A stretch of 59,973 nt of DNA. Origin: Patescibacteria group bacterium (GTDB lineage: Bacteria > Patescibacteriota > Saccharimonadia > Saccharimonadales > JAZKJC01). Shown piece by piece: positions 1-9,528 of the stretch. Position numbers and translations under genes: made by a program. The stretch covers positions 1-59,973 of the forward strand of contig JAZKJC010000011.1 in the NCBI GenBank assembly GCA_040384565.1. Reading direction: 5' to 3'. The notes under the pieces are model-generated. The model was not told the DNA's origin. It did no database searches and was given only the letters and a program-made list of their open reading frames with translations. Positions within the stretch are counted from its first letter, which is position 1, and each line of letters starts with the position of its first letter.

Positions 1-9
1 GTTTCTTCT

Positions 10-711
10 CTAGAACAACAGATTAGAGGAGCAGTCCAAATTTGTTCTTAAGCCGATTTTGTTAGCTCCTGTTTTAACTACTACGGACCGAAAAGTTTTG
101 CGTAACTTTATGAACACCAGCAACAGAGAAAAAATAAAGCTGCTCAATCCAACTGTGCCATATACAATTTGCCACGGCACATCCGCGACATTCTGATTGA
201 CAATATAAAAGGCTAAACCCCATATTGCAGCTGCTAAAAGCGCGTATATCGTGTCCTTGTGCAGTTCTTTTAGGGGTATCTTGCTGGTATTTTTTTGATA
301 AGTCAGCGCGAGCACACCGCTAATGATTACAAGTATAGACATTATTTGATTTCCGCTAAGCACACTTCCCCCAAGTATTATCGCAAGAGCAAGCGTAAAC
401 AAAGGATTGGTGCTAATAACGGGAACAATAACCCCTACGCTACCATCAGTCAGAGCTTTGATCATCAATACAAATGCCACGGCAAATAAAAGTCCTACAG
501 CTATAAACGGGATAAGCTGGCTAAAACTTTCGATATTTTGGTAATTGAATGCAAGCAAAAGTATAGAAGTTACTAAACCTGCGATTTTGGTAGCTAAGTT
601 AACCTCGTAGGCGTTATATTTTTTACTGTTTTTGGAAACCAGCCAGTCACTCATGCCCCAAAATACAAATGCCAGCAAACCACCCACGGTGGAAACTAAT
701 ACCTCATTCAT
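10..711 (-). CDS. EamA/DMT family transporter (3' end possibly truncated or aberrant at window edge)
   Basis: Multi-TM protein with DMT-type motifs (FWGMSD, GSVGVIVPVISTNPLFT, AAIWG); second EamA repeat looks incomplete. Confidence 0.75.
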   Translation of the reverse strand: MNEVLVSTVGGLLAFVFWGMSDWLVSKNSKKYNAYEVNLATKIAGLVTSILLLAFNYQNIESFSQLIPFIAVGLLFAVAFVLMIKALTDGSVGVIVPVISTNPLFTLALAIILGGSVLSGNQIMSILVIISGVLALTYQKNTSKIPLKELHKDTIYALLAAAIWGLAFYIVNQNVADVPWQIVYGTVGLSSFIFSLLLVFIKLRKTFRSVVVKTGANKIGLRTNLDCSSNLLF

Positions 712-813
712 GGATTAATGATAGCACCTTAAACACCTGTTGGGTGCCTTTGCAGAGCTCTTACTCTCTCATTATGTTATTATTTATAGATCAAGTGAGA
801 GTTTTAAATACAA

Positions 814-1269
814 ATGACTGAGCAAATACTTTTCCCCTTAATAGTAGCTCAAGGCGCGAACCATGACCCAAACGGTTCTCTCCATGCCACTCTTGCAAAT
901 GCGGGTGTACCTGATGTTGAAGCCGATTTAGAACAAGGTTTAACTCCTGATATTCTTGTGTCGAGAGAGCTCGATGACCACCTAGAATCAGTATCAGCCC
1001 AAGATCTTGCGACAGCGTTGGTTTTAGAACTGCGTACGGAGAGAGCGCGAATAGACACACGCAATAGGCGTATGGAAAAGCTGGCTGGAGGGCTGGGTAT
1101 AATTGGCATAGGCCTTGGTATTAAGGTTGGGCTTAACTTATTTAGTATTGGTACCGTTTTAACAACCTGGTCAGTAGCGGCCTATGGAATCAGAAAAGTT
1201 GAACCGCCACATCAAAGCAAACGCAAAGTTCTTGAAGACAGTATAATGCACGCAAATGGCTTGGAGTAA
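814..1269 (+). CDS. hypothetical membrane protein
   Basis: 151-aa ORF with C-terminal hydrophobic hairpin; no family recognised. Confidence 0.55.
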   Translation: MTEQILFPLIVAQGANHDPNGSLHATLANAGVPDVEADLEQGLTPDILVSRELDDHLESVSAQDLATALVLELRTERARIDTRNRRMEKLAGGLGIIGIGLGIKVGLNLFSIGTVLTTWSVAAYGIRKVEPPHQSKRKVLEDSIMHANGLE

Positions 1270-1316
1270 GCGGGTCTCGTTCCTATCGAGTAGTACTATT
1301 TTCATGCGGGACCAAA

Positions 1317-1565
1317 CTACAGGCTTTCCAGGGGAATGCCAGTTTTTTTAGAAACTTTTCTGGCCCAAACAAGTAATCGCTGAAACTGTGCGTCCCGAGC
1401 GGCTAATTCTGTTTCGTATTTATCAATTCTGCCTATGAAACCGTCGATTGTATTTGTAAGCTTGTCCATACTTGAACGAGAAGCAGTTTGCTCAAACTTT
1501 TGATTCATTTCGCTTCGAAATGCCTCGACATACTTAAATAGCTTGGTAAATTCGTCTTCGCTCAT
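1317..1565 (-). CDS. small coiled-coil protein (FTKLFKY...KKTG family)
   Basis: Heptad pattern; clear paralogue of 52865..53107; 4 nt downstream of glyQS. Confidence 0.75.
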   Translation of the reverse strand: MSEDEFTKLFKYVEAFRSEMNQKFEQTASRSSMDKLTNTIDGFIGRIDKYETELAARDAQFQRLLVWARKVSKKTGIPLESL

Positions 1566-1569
1566 TGTT

Positions 1570-2937
1570 TTATTTTAACACCTTATTTAACTCATCAATT
1601 TTCACACGTTGTTGTTCGGTAGTGTCGCGGTTGCGGACGGTTACGGTGTCTTGGGTGGTACCTTCCAAGGTGTCAAAATCTACTGTTATGCAGTTTGGGA
1701 CACCGATTTCGTCCATTTTGCGATAGTTTTTGCCTATATTGCCGGTGTCTACCCACATGACGTTGCCAAATTCTTTTTTCAGCATGGTGTAGACTGCCCT
1801 AGCCTTTGCTACCAGTTCTGGCTTATTTTTGGCAAGTGGTAGAACTGCTACTTTTACTGGCGCAAGGTGGGTTGGTAGTTTTAGGAATACGCGTTTTTCA
1901 CCGTTTATTTCATCTTCGGTATAGGCTTGGCTTAATACGGCCAATACGTTACGGTCAACACCATACGTAGGCTCAATTACATGTGGCACAAATGCTTCCC
2001 CGCCATCTTTAGGAATGAATTTTAGGTTTTTGCCAGAATGCTTTTCATGGTTGGTCAGATCAAAATCTGTGCGGTAGGCTAGGCCTCCAATTTCATCTGA
2101 TTTTTTAAACGGAAAGTCGTAGTAGAAATCTATGGTGCGCTTACTATAATGAGCTCGGTCTTCGGCAGCCAGTTCAGGCTCGTGAATCTTTTCTTTAGGT
2201 AGTCCCAGCGCGGCAAACCATTCACGGCTTACATTTAGCCATTTATCAAATTCCGCTTCCCAATTATTTGGGTTAATAAAGTATTCCAGCTCCATGATTT
2301 CCAGCTCTCGGACACGGAAAATAAAGTCCCGGGGACTGATTTCGTTCCTAAAATTCCGTCCAATCTGGGCAATACCAAAAGGTAAATCAGGCGAAAAGCT
2401 ATCCAGTACGTTTTTGAAGTTCACAAACATGCCTTGGGCTGTTTCTGGGCGCATGTAAACCACCGACGATTCATCGTCAGTCGGCCCGGCATGGGTTTTG
2501 AACATCATGTTAAATAACGCGCCGGCACCTAGCTGGTTGCCGTCCGGACTTTTAATACCCTTTTCTCTTACAAGATCAATCATCTGCTCAAGCGTCATGC
2601 CTTCGGGATTCACATCGTTATCTTCCAGCAAATGATCAAGCCGATAGCGTTTTTTAGTCTTAACATCCTCTATAAGTGGGTCATTGAAAGTCGCCACGTG
2701 CCCACTAGCTTCCCAAACCTTAGGGTTCATAAGTATTGTGGTGTCAATCCCATACATGTCATCACGGTCTTCTACGAATATCTTCCACCACAAGTTTGTG
2801 ATATTACGCTTTAGAGCTACGCCTAATGGGCCGTAATCCCAAGTCCCTGCCAAGCCGCCATAAATCTCAGAGCCCTGGAATATAAAACCACGGCGTTTGC
2901 ACAAGCTGACAATATCTTCTAGTTTCACATCACTCAT
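1570..2937 (-). CDS. glyQS: glycine--tRNA ligase (homodimeric type)
   Basis: CKRRGF, IYGG, RPETAQG, FRNEISPR..FRVRE, IEPTYGVDR motifs plus anticodon-binding domain. Confidence 0.97.
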   Translation of the reverse strand: MSDVKLEDIVSLCKRRGFIFQGSEIYGGLAGTWDYGPLGVALKRNITNLWWKIFVEDRDDMYGIDTTILMNPKVWEASGHVATFNDPLIEDVKTKKRYRLDHLLEDNDVNPEGMTLEQMIDLVREKGIKSPDGNQLGAGALFNMMFKTHAGPTDDESSVVYMRPETAQGMFVNFKNVLDSFSPDLPFGIAQIGRNFRNEISPRDFIFRVRELEIMELEYFINPNNWEAEFDKWLNVSREWFAALGLPKEKIHEPELAAEDRAHYSKRTIDFYYDFPFKKSDEIGGLAYRTDFDLTNHEKHSGKNLKFIPKDGGEAFVPHVIEPTYGVDRNVLAVLSQAYTEDEINGEKRVFLKLPTHLAPVKVAVLPLAKNKPELVAKARAVYTMLKKEFGNVMWVDTGNIGKNYRKMDEIGVPNCITVDFDTLEGTTQDTVTVRNRDTTEQQRVKIDELNKVLK

Positions 2938-3188
2938 TTTTTGGCTGCTTCCGTTGCTGTAACTTTGTCTTTATAGAACCACTCATATATGCCGTATGCC
3001 CAGGTAAAAGTGTAAATAACAGATACAAATAATACGCCCCACTGTTTGTTAACGTATGAAGTAATCAGCCAAAACGGCTGTGAAGCCAGTCCAAACACAA
3101 AACCCCATTTGTTTTTTTTGGCCACCAAAATAATGGCGGTAATCCCAAAAACCGCAATCCCAACCTGCGCAATATTATCAGCAGTCAT
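2934..3188 (-). CDS. small PnuC-like 3-TM membrane protein
   Basis: KKNKWGFVFGLASQPFW..YGIYEW pattern; ATG at 3188 preferred; overlaps glyQS start. Confidence 0.6.
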   Translation of the reverse strand: MTADNIAQVGIAVFGITAIILVAKKNKWGFVFGLASQPFWLITSYVNKQWGVLFVSVIYTFTWAYGIYEWFYKDKVTATEAAKK

Positions 3189-3229
3189 CTTGATACAGAT
3201 TATAAGGTATAACCGTCCGGGCAAGAAAT

Positions 3230-3823
3230 CTAGTTGGCAGCGCCAACCAGCATTTGTTCAGCATTTGTAGAATTTGCCGCTTCTAACTCATGCTTTATGG
3301 AATTGCTGCAAGCCTCAACGCATACGCTTGCAAATTTTTCAGGATCCGGAGATAGCCAACGCGACGAACGTGTTTGCAAGGTATTTAGTTCCTCGGTTTT
3401 AGCGCCATTAATGCCATACATAACACACGCCTCTGGATCGTCAGGATCAATCTCTACTGCAAAACCATTAAATTGATCGCAAGTTTCGTCCCTGCTTATG
3501 CCAAAATCGCTTTGTGAGGCTAGTGGCAAACCAAATGTGCCCTCATTGTTGGCCATGACCATAAAAATTTTACATCCATTAAGGCCGGTCATTAACACTA
3601 GCGTAGCACTGACTTTTAGCTCTGGTGGATTTCCCTCAAGCTTGCCTATTTTTATCCTTTCACGGACTGTTGGTACTGAAATGGGGAGGACAAAATGCGA
3701 AGGATTGCCATTCGCCGCATAAAGATCATTTAAAGCAGACAAAATAGTATTTTGCCTATACTGCCTTGACCCAGGCTTGATCTCCGGAGTTTTTTGCGGG
3801 CTTTCTAGTGTTGCTGTTGTCAT
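3230..3823 (-). CDS. hypothetical protein
   Basis: 197-aa ORF filling the intergenic space; no family recognised. Confidence 0.55.
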   Translation of the reverse strand: MTTATLESPQKTPEIKPGSRQYRQNTILSALNDLYAANGNPSHFVLPISVPTVRERIKIGKLEGNPPELKVSATLVLMTGLNGCKIFMVMANNEGTFGLPLASQSDFGISRDETCDQFNGFAVEIDPDDPEACVMYGINGAKTEELNTLQTRSSRWLSPDPEKFASVCVEACSNSIKHELEAANSTNAEQMLVGAAN

Positions 3824-3900
3824 AATAAGTATTACATTACCTATACTTATTATATATTATTTTTGATATGCTGTAAACTATTTATGCTTGTGCTCTCTAC

Positions 3901-4593
3901 CTACGTGCGAATATGATTGGGCAATATATTCTGGGTGAGGTCTAAGCAAGAACGTATGATATTTTCAGCCCCTTGCACCTTATGTAATGAAGCTGGTTTA
4001 TGATTACCAAAGGCCAGACGCAAAATTTTTATATGGCTTGAGCCAAACTTACCATCGGCATTTTCAGAAAACGCCATATCATCATAAGAAAATGCATAGG
4101 TTTCGTTTCTCTCCAGGGGCTTTCTGGCAATATTTGTATACAACTCTGGCGTATGGCCCGCTAATTTGAGTAGCTGTGCCAAAAACCAAAGCTTTATTAG
4201 CTCAACCTCTATTTCTGCTTGGTCCAATGATTCTAGTGTGATTCGTAAGAGCTCAAAGTAGTCTTCTCCCGGTTCGTCCTCTGTCACTTTGTTGAGCAGT
4301 TTTATAAGCTCATAGCCTAGCATAGTCCGGTTGATGTCTTGGACTATGGTGCCGTAGTGTTTGATAAGACGGGATGAAACCATGGTGGCAAGATCGCCCC
4401 TACCACGCATAAACCCAATTTCTGAAACGCTAAAAAGCTCTACACCACCCGCCATTTTGGATTTACTTTTACGAACCCCCTTAGCAAGTACACTTAACTT
4501 GCCATAATCTGTGGTTAAAATGGTTAGTATCCGGTCAGCCTCCTGGTAATTTGTCCTGGCTAGGACTATACCCTTTGTAAGTAACTGCTTCAT
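3901..4593 (-). CDS. recO: DNA repair protein RecO
   Basis: GIVL..TNYQEADRILTILT..GKLSVLAKGVRK N-terminal OB-fold signature. Confidence 0.95.
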   Translation of the reverse strand: MKQLLTKGIVLARTNYQEADRILTILTTDYGKLSVLAKGVRKSKSKMAGGVELFSVSEIGFMRGRGDLATMVSSRLIKHYGTIVQDINRTMLGYELIKLLNKVTEDEPGEDYFELLRITLESLDQAEIEVELIKLWFLAQLLKLAGHTPELYTNIARKPLERNETYAFSYDDMAFSENADGKFGSSHIKILRLAFGNHKPASLHKVQGAENIIRSCLDLTQNILPNHIRT

Positions 4594-4967
4594 AAAACAG
4601 GTGTAAATTGCTTAACCATACTGACTAATTGTTTTGTTGTGGTTCTGGGCTTGTACAGTACTGCTTGGACACCTAAGGTCTCCAGTGATACGCCGAAAAT
4701 TTGATCCTGCGCCTTTGCGTTAATTGTATGTACGATTATGGGGATACCCTGCCATTCCTGGTAGGAATTCATTTCATACAAAAACTCTATACCATTATGT
4801 ACACCGAGCTGCAGCTCCAGTATGACAAGATCGGGCAAAGACTCGTCCAAAGCATCAAGCGCGCTTTGAGCACTGCGACTCCAGGATACTTTATAGCCAA
4901 ATGATTCTAGAGCACTCTTTATAACTTCCCCCAAGATTTTATCCGGCTCCACAAGTAAGATATTCAC
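4590..4967 (-). CDS. single-domain response regulator, atypical (phosphoacceptor Asp replaced by Glu)
   Basis: Receiver fold MNILLVEPD...PDLVILELQL..NGIEFL...LYKP; GTG start. Confidence 0.85.
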   Translation of the reverse strand: MNILLVEPDKILGEVIKSALESFGYKVSWSRSAQSALDALDESLPDLVILELQLGVHNGIEFLYEMNSYQEWQGIPIIVHTINAKAQDQIFGVSLETLGVQAVLYKPRTTTKQLVSMVKQFTPVL

Positions 4968-5020
4968 TGCTTGCAGTTTAGCAGAATTCCCGTTAGAGGT
5001 GATGGGTTAAGATCTTAAAC

Positions 5021-5142
5021 GGACTTTCGTAAAATGGTGCAGTTTCGGTTAAAACTGAGTACTAGAGCGGAGGCGTAATACCGTTACGCTAAGGCATCGG
5101 AACGGAAGTTTTGGCCGGAAATGTGTGGTTTTACGAAAGTTC
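5021..5142. repeat. ~120-bp long palindromic element, copy A
   Basis: Outer stem ACTTTCGTAAAA/TTTTACGAAAGT; core shared with 13157-13278 and 16928-17048. Confidence 0.9.
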
Positions 5143-5145
5143 TAC

Positions 5146-5829
5146 TTAAATTAGTTGTAGTTGATGGCTGGGTAACAGCATGCTGCCTATGCCTGAGAGT
5201 GAGCGGTGGCGATAGGCTTTGAGTGGGGCGGACATTTGTTCGCTCAGGCGATCGGCGATAGCCAGCCCTGCGCCACCGGCCAACCCAAGTGTCGGTGCTA
5301 CCTGAGTTGCCCGTCCATGTAGTTCACGGACCAGTTGAAGCGCCCGTTGCGATAGTTCTACATGGCTGCTAAACGCCCCTATAACCGTTCCTTGGGATGA
5401 CCTATGCGTGCCAAGTATCAGGCGCTTCGAGGTATTATCTTGCTCGGTGGCTGCTTCTATCAAGCTAGCGCCTAACAAAGTTAGCATTGTGCGCAGTGAC
5501 TCCCGGTGGGCCATAACTGGCACGCCCCTGCCTTGTTGGTCTATATCGATTATAAAATCTGATTGCTTAGCAAAAGGCTGTAGCATGGTTGCTACATCAT
5601 ACAAAATGGCGCTGCTAGTGGTAGGTTCCAGGATTAGCTTGGTTTGGTTTTGAGAGTTAGATTGGACATAGGCGTCAACCAGCCGCAAGGCATGGGCACT
5701 AATGGTTGATATTTGGGGTAATCTGTTTACAGATGACACCTCAGCCAGCCTTGCAATCTGCAGCAACGGTGTTTTCAGTTGCTCTGCTAGCGCGTTAAAT
5801 AACTGTTCGGAATGATCATCACGTCCCAA
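5146..5829 (-). CDS. degenerate histidine-kinase-like protein (HisKA lacking His, eroded HATPase)
   Basis: LAEQLKTPL in place of (S/A)HELKTPL; GGAGLAIA G2-like box; start uncertain (SD-preceded ATG at 5836 is out of frame by one base). Confidence 0.7.
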   Translation of the reverse strand: MGRDDHSEQLFNALAEQLKTPLLQIARLAEVSSVNRLPQISTISAHALRLVDAYVQSNSQNQTKLILEPTTSSAILYDVATMLQPFAKQSDFIIDIDQQGRGVPVMAHRESLRTMLTLLGASLIEAATEQDNTSKRLILGTHRSSQGTVIGAFSSHVELSQRALQLVRELHGRATQVAPTLGLAGGAGLAIADRLSEQMSAPLKAYRHRSLSGIGSMLLPSHQLQLI

Positions 5830-5872
5830 GGTTCATTACCCTCACCTTCTTGAATGCAATTATAACACCAAA

Positions 5873-5919
5873 ACTGTTTACTGTGCGTTTTCTGTTTTCT
5901 ATGGAAAATTGTAAATAGT
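5873..5919. repeat. short heptamer-period hairpin (CTGTTTA/CGTTTTC family)
   Basis: CTGTTTACTG..CGTTTTCTGTTTTCTATGGAAAATTGTAAATAG; resembles 6716-6825 and 17553-17660. Confidence 0.55.
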
Positions 5920-5923
5920 GTAG

Positions 5924-6658
5924 TTATGGTATAAACTTCAGGTTTTCCAAAATTATCGTATCGAAATCTCCGACAAACTGTTGTGATTCTGTAGATATTT
6001 TTAAGGTTTTATCTCTTAAGGGCAGCAATACCATGCTATTTTTCTGACCAAGATTTATCTCGCCGTCCAGCCTGGAACCAGCAACACTGGGAACGTTTTT
6101 TGGCACATATGGCTTGACTGATACTTTGCCACTGGTAACTTTTGATTCATGTTGTTTAAGCTCTTGGTCGTATGGCTGGTTTACAATTTGTACCCGCAAA
6201 GCAAACGCTAACCCTGTTTGTTGGATACCTGGCACAAAATTCGGGTGAAAGTATATGTCTAGTGGCAGCGCACTGCGATCTGTTTGGACCACATAGGCAC
6301 TCCAAATTTTGGAATAACTTATATTTAAGCTACCGTACGCCTCTGGCCCAAAGTATGTCTTGAGCGGGCTCTTTTCTTTTTCTAAAAACTCGTTGTCTTT
6401 CCTGGTGGATTCTTGCTGTTTGGCAATCTCTACGGCCTTGGCGGCCTTTATGTCAGAATTGAATTTATAGTCTTGCCTCTCCGCAAAGGCCCAGATGCCA
6501 AACACGCTAGCAGCTATAAAAAGTATCACAAAGATAACCAATGCAATGATTAGCCCCCACCGGCGAGGTTTTTTGGAGTTAGCGGACTGTGAGTTTGGCA
6601 TAGATGGCGGCATACCCACTGGCACCGGATACGGCTGAAATGGTTGATTGGGTGGCAT
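5924..6658 (-). CDS. membrane-anchored hypothetical protein
   Basis: Pro-rich N-terminus, single TM helix, extracellular domain; ATG at 6658 preferred. Confidence 0.75.
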   Translation of the reverse strand: MPPNQPFQPYPVPVGMPPSMPNSQSANSKKPRRWGLIIALVIFVILFIAASVFGIWAFAERQDYKFNSDIKAAKAVEIAKQQESTRKDNEFLEKEKSPLKTYFGPEAYGSLNISYSKIWSAYVVQTDRSALPLDIYFHPNFVPGIQQTGLAFALRVQIVNQPYDQELKQHESKVTSGKVSVKPYVPKNVPSVAGSRLDGEINLGQKNSMVLLPLRDKTLKISTESQQFVGDFDTIILENLKFIP

Positions 6659-6715
6659 ATTGTTCTTATGGTAACTCAAGAAACCCGATTTTAGCAACCT
6701 CAAACAGCCCTCGCT

Positions 6716-6825
6716 GAACGTTTACCATTTACCACTCACCGTTTTCAATGCGTTTACCTTGATCCGTTTTCCATGGTAAAAAGAAAACGGGAAACGTGTG
6801 GTGAACGGAAAACAGTAAACAGCTA
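6716..6825. repeat. ORF-less heptamer hairpin element (four-helix-cassette family)
   Basis: Contains GTGAACGGAAAACAGTAAA, identical to 17636-17654 and to the reverse complement of 26388-26406. Confidence 0.85.
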
Positions 6826-7326
6826 ACGGCTCCGGGGTTTATACTCGTAAAGCATCAGACCGTTGAGTTCTTTAACCGGCTTTTTGCCAGGGATTGCAAA
6901 TGCAAAACTAACTAGTTTGACAGGTTTGGTTATTTCTTGTTCAATTTTATTGTTCAGCTTTTCCATATATTGATTTAATAAAAATACATATATTCCATCT
7001 GTTACGGGCAACTTGTGGCGCCAGTAGTTACCCCAGTGAACAGTAATTAATTTGTGGTATTTCCAGTGTCTACCCTTGCTCCATATCACCAGCAAAGGGT
7101 TTAGCTCGTATCCGATTGACTTAATACCGCGCTCGGCCGCCGCCCGCAAAATGCGTCCATCACCGCTACCAAGCTCCAGCAACGTCTGCCCAGGCTTAAG
7201 ATCAAGCAAATCTAGTGCTTCTGGTGTCCTAGCACGTAATGTGGGTAGATATGGCGCCCCAAAAGCAATAACAAAGCTGAAAATCAGGATTGCTGATATG
7301 ACTATTATCCATAGGACTGCTGGCAT
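6823..7326 (-). CDS. membrane-anchored class I SAM-dependent methyltransferase (FAM173-like)
   Basis: N-terminal TM, GAPYLPT, LELGSGDGR, GYELNP. Confidence 0.85.
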   Translation of the reverse strand: MPAVLWIIVISAILIFSFVIAFGAPYLPTLRARTPEALDLLDLKPGQTLLELGSGDGRILRAAAERGIKSIGYELNPLLVIWSKGRHWKYHKLITVHWGNYWRHKLPVTDGIYVFLLNQYMEKLNNKIEQEITKPVKLVSFAFAIPGKKPVKELNGLMLYEYKPRSR

Positions 7327-7389
7327 TATGAGAATCCTTTTTATTCGTAGTAAGTATAACGGTTAGCTGCACCAACTGCTTGTCTTACC

Positions 7390-7420
7390 CGTTATACGTA
7401 ATACGTTCTACGTTCTACGT
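7390..7420. repeat. heptamer tandem repeat (CGTTCTA-type) over the xseB stop
   Basis: CGTTATA CGTAATA CGTTCTA CGTTCTA CGT. Confidence 0.7.
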
Positions 7421-7603
7421 CTTCTTCAGGTGTTCTATCTCGTTTTTAGCATTGTGTAAATAATCTTCTAGCTGAGCAATAAGCTTTTGCCCCTTTTTAT
7501 ACAGGTCAAGGGCTTTGTCTATGTCCAGCTCTGCGGATTGCATCTCTTCCAGCACCTCATCCAGCTCGGCCTGTAGTTCCCTATATAATTTTTTTGTAGC
7601 CAT
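7415..7603 (-). CDS. xseB: exodeoxyribonuclease VII small subunit
   Basis: 62 aa, ELD..LDIDKALDLYKKG; follows xseA. Confidence 0.92.
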   Translation of the reverse strand: MATKKLYRELQAELDEVLEEMQSAELDIDKALDLYKKGQKLIAQLEDYLHNAKNEIEHLKKT

Positions 7604-7607
7604 AGTC

Positions 7608-8729
7608 TTATTGTACCTTTTGTACCTTGTTTACTGTAGCTGAAGCTTGGCCATCCTTAATCTGCAAAGTTACCAGATCACCTGTTTTGATTTGCTTAAC
7701 AGACCGCACAACCTTATCGCCGACTCTAATAACCGCATAGCCACGCCTCAGTGCCGCCTCGGGGTTCAAAGCTTCTAACAGGTCATTTTGCCTGCCCAAA
7801 GTCTGCTCTGCCATAAAATATGCCTGTTGTAGCATTTGGCTCATGGCTTGCTTGTGCTCTTTAATTTGCTGACTAGCCGTATGTAGGCTAGTGCTTAAAA
7901 GCTCACCCAAGTTACGGTTTTGGTCTGCAAGCATGGGTAAAACATGCTTTTTGTCTGGAACAAGCATCTGAGCGGCATTTGTGGGAGTACTAGCCCGCTG
8001 GTCTGCCGCCAGCTCTGCCAGGCTTGTGTCAACTTCGTGCCCAATGGCTACTAGGGTTGGTATCCGGCTAGCAGCCACAGCCCGCACAACCTGTTCACTG
8101 CTAAACGCCGCCAGATCATCCGCACTACCACCACCGCGTGTAATCACCAGCACTTCCGGTGGGTTTGGCTGTTGGTTCATGTGTTCTATGGCTTTTACAA
8201 TGTCGTTTACGGCTGGTTCGCCCTGAACCTGGACATCAATGTGGCTAACCAAAACTCCGCCCCACCGCTCATCCAAAATTTTTACAAAATCTGCATATGC
8301 CGCTGATTCCCCGGAAGTAATCAGTCCAATATGGGACGGCGCTATAGGCAATGGCCGTCTGCGTTCTTCATCAAACAAGCCTTCTTTTTGCAGCTTCACC
8401 AGCAGCAAATCAGCCGCGCGCTTCAGGCTGCCCTCTCCCACCGCCACAACTGACTGCAAATTCAGGCTAAAGTTATAAAGCGGATGCATCCGCGGCGATG
8501 CCACAATCCGCACCATCATCCCCTCCTCAACAGGCCCAGGCAACACATATACAGTCCCAAAACACTTAACGCTTGCCAGCTCGTCCTTTATATCAAAATA
8601 AACCCACTTACCCCGGCTAACCCGCACATTAGCCAGCTCCCCCTCAATACTAACCAACGGATAAGCAAACTCCAGCGTCTGATTCAACATCGCCACAAAA
8701 TCCGAAGGCGAAAATATGAGTTCCTGCAT
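7608..8729 (-). CDS. xseA: exodeoxyribonuclease VII large subunit
   Basis: VQVQGE, RGGGS..DL, AIGHEVD, STPT motifs; true start MQELIFS at 8729. Confidence 0.95.
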   Translation of the reverse strand: MQELIFSPSDFVAMLNQTLEFAYPLVSIEGELANVRVSRGKWVYFDIKDELASVKCFGTVYVLPGPVEEGMMVRIVASPRMHPLYNFSLNLQSVVAVGEGSLKRAADLLLVKLQKEGLFDEERRRPLPIAPSHIGLITSGESAAYADFVKILDERWGGVLVSHIDVQVQGEPAVNDIVKAIEHMNQQPNPPEVLVITRGGGSADDLAAFSSEQVVRAVAASRIPTLVAIGHEVDTSLAELAADQRASTPTNAAQMLVPDKKHVLPMLADQNRNLGELLSTSLHTASQQIKEHKQAMSQMLQQAYFMAEQTLGRQNDLLEALNPEAALRRGYAVIRVGDKVVRSVKQIKTGDLVTLQIKDGQASATVNKVQKVQ

Positions 8730-8783
8730 ATTATTAACTTTAACACCCAAGCCAGATTCTGCGCACGCTTCGCTTGCTCTCGA

Positions 8784-8972
8784 CTTACTTTTGGCCACCC
8801 AAAAGTAAGCAAAAGCTGCTGGGCGGCTGAACTGTCTTGATACAACCATTAGATTAAAGCCAACAATGCTCACAGAACTCACCCGGCTTCCTTGCAGGAG
8901 GCCGGGCTTAACAACTCCTCGCTTTTAATTGTTGTTTTGACATGTTTGTTTCAGGACAGTTCAGATGCCCAG
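8784..8972 (-). repeat. long structured palindromic element (hairpin plus TTACTTTTGG..CCAAAAGTAA end)
   Basis: Terminal hairpin CTTACTTTTGG/CCAAAAGTAAG; long imperfect stem 8819-8972 with central CCCGGCTTCC/GGAGGCCGGG. Confidence 0.75.
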
Positions 8973-9069
8973 ACCCAAAAGACCATGGGGCTTCGCTGTT
9001 TTTGTATTTTGCTCATGGTTGTATTATTTAGTAAGTAGTGGTATATATAATTTACTAAAGGAGTAATTT

Positions 9070-9528
9070 ATGACAAAGATAGTATCAGCTTTTCCCGGGT
9101 GTGGTAAATCATTTTTAACAGAAAATTATGACTCAACGAGTCCAGTTCTTGATTCAGACTCAAGCGGCTACTCTTGGCTTCATCAAGATGACGGAACTAA
9201 AGTGCGGAATCCGGATTTTCCCCGTAATTACCTTGACCACATACAAAGCAATATTGGAGAGGCAGCAATTATACTCGTATCTTCTCATGCTGAAGTCAGA
9301 GAAGCGCTTGCAGAGGAAGGCATCGACTATACATTGGTTTATCCAGAAACTGAACTTAAGCAAGATTATCTGGAAAGGTTTCAAAGACGAGGTAGTCCAG
9401 CTGCTTTTGTGGACTTACTAGACAGGAAGTGGGATGAATTCATAGGTGACCTAGAGTGCGATGCGACTCCCAGAAAAGTAGTTTTGGGCCAAGGGCAATA
9501 CTTAAGCGACGTCGTTGACGAATTATAA
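9070..9528 (+). CDS. P-loop NTPase/kinase-like hypothetical protein (phage-like)
   Basis: N-terminal Walker A SAFPGCGKS; SD AAGGAG; opposite strand to neighbours. Confidence 0.75.
   Translation: MTKIVSAFPGCGKSFLTENYDSTSPVLDSDSSGYSWLHQDDGTKVRNPDFPRNYLDHIQSNIGEAAIILVSSHAEVREALAEEGIDYTLVYPETELKQDYLERFQRRGSPAAFVDLLDRKWDEFIGDLECDATPRKVVLGQGQYLSDVVDEL

Noticed and set aside
8730-8882. N-terminal extension of XseA in the ORF track
   Set aside because: It is read-through of the palindromic element; homology starts at MQELIFS.
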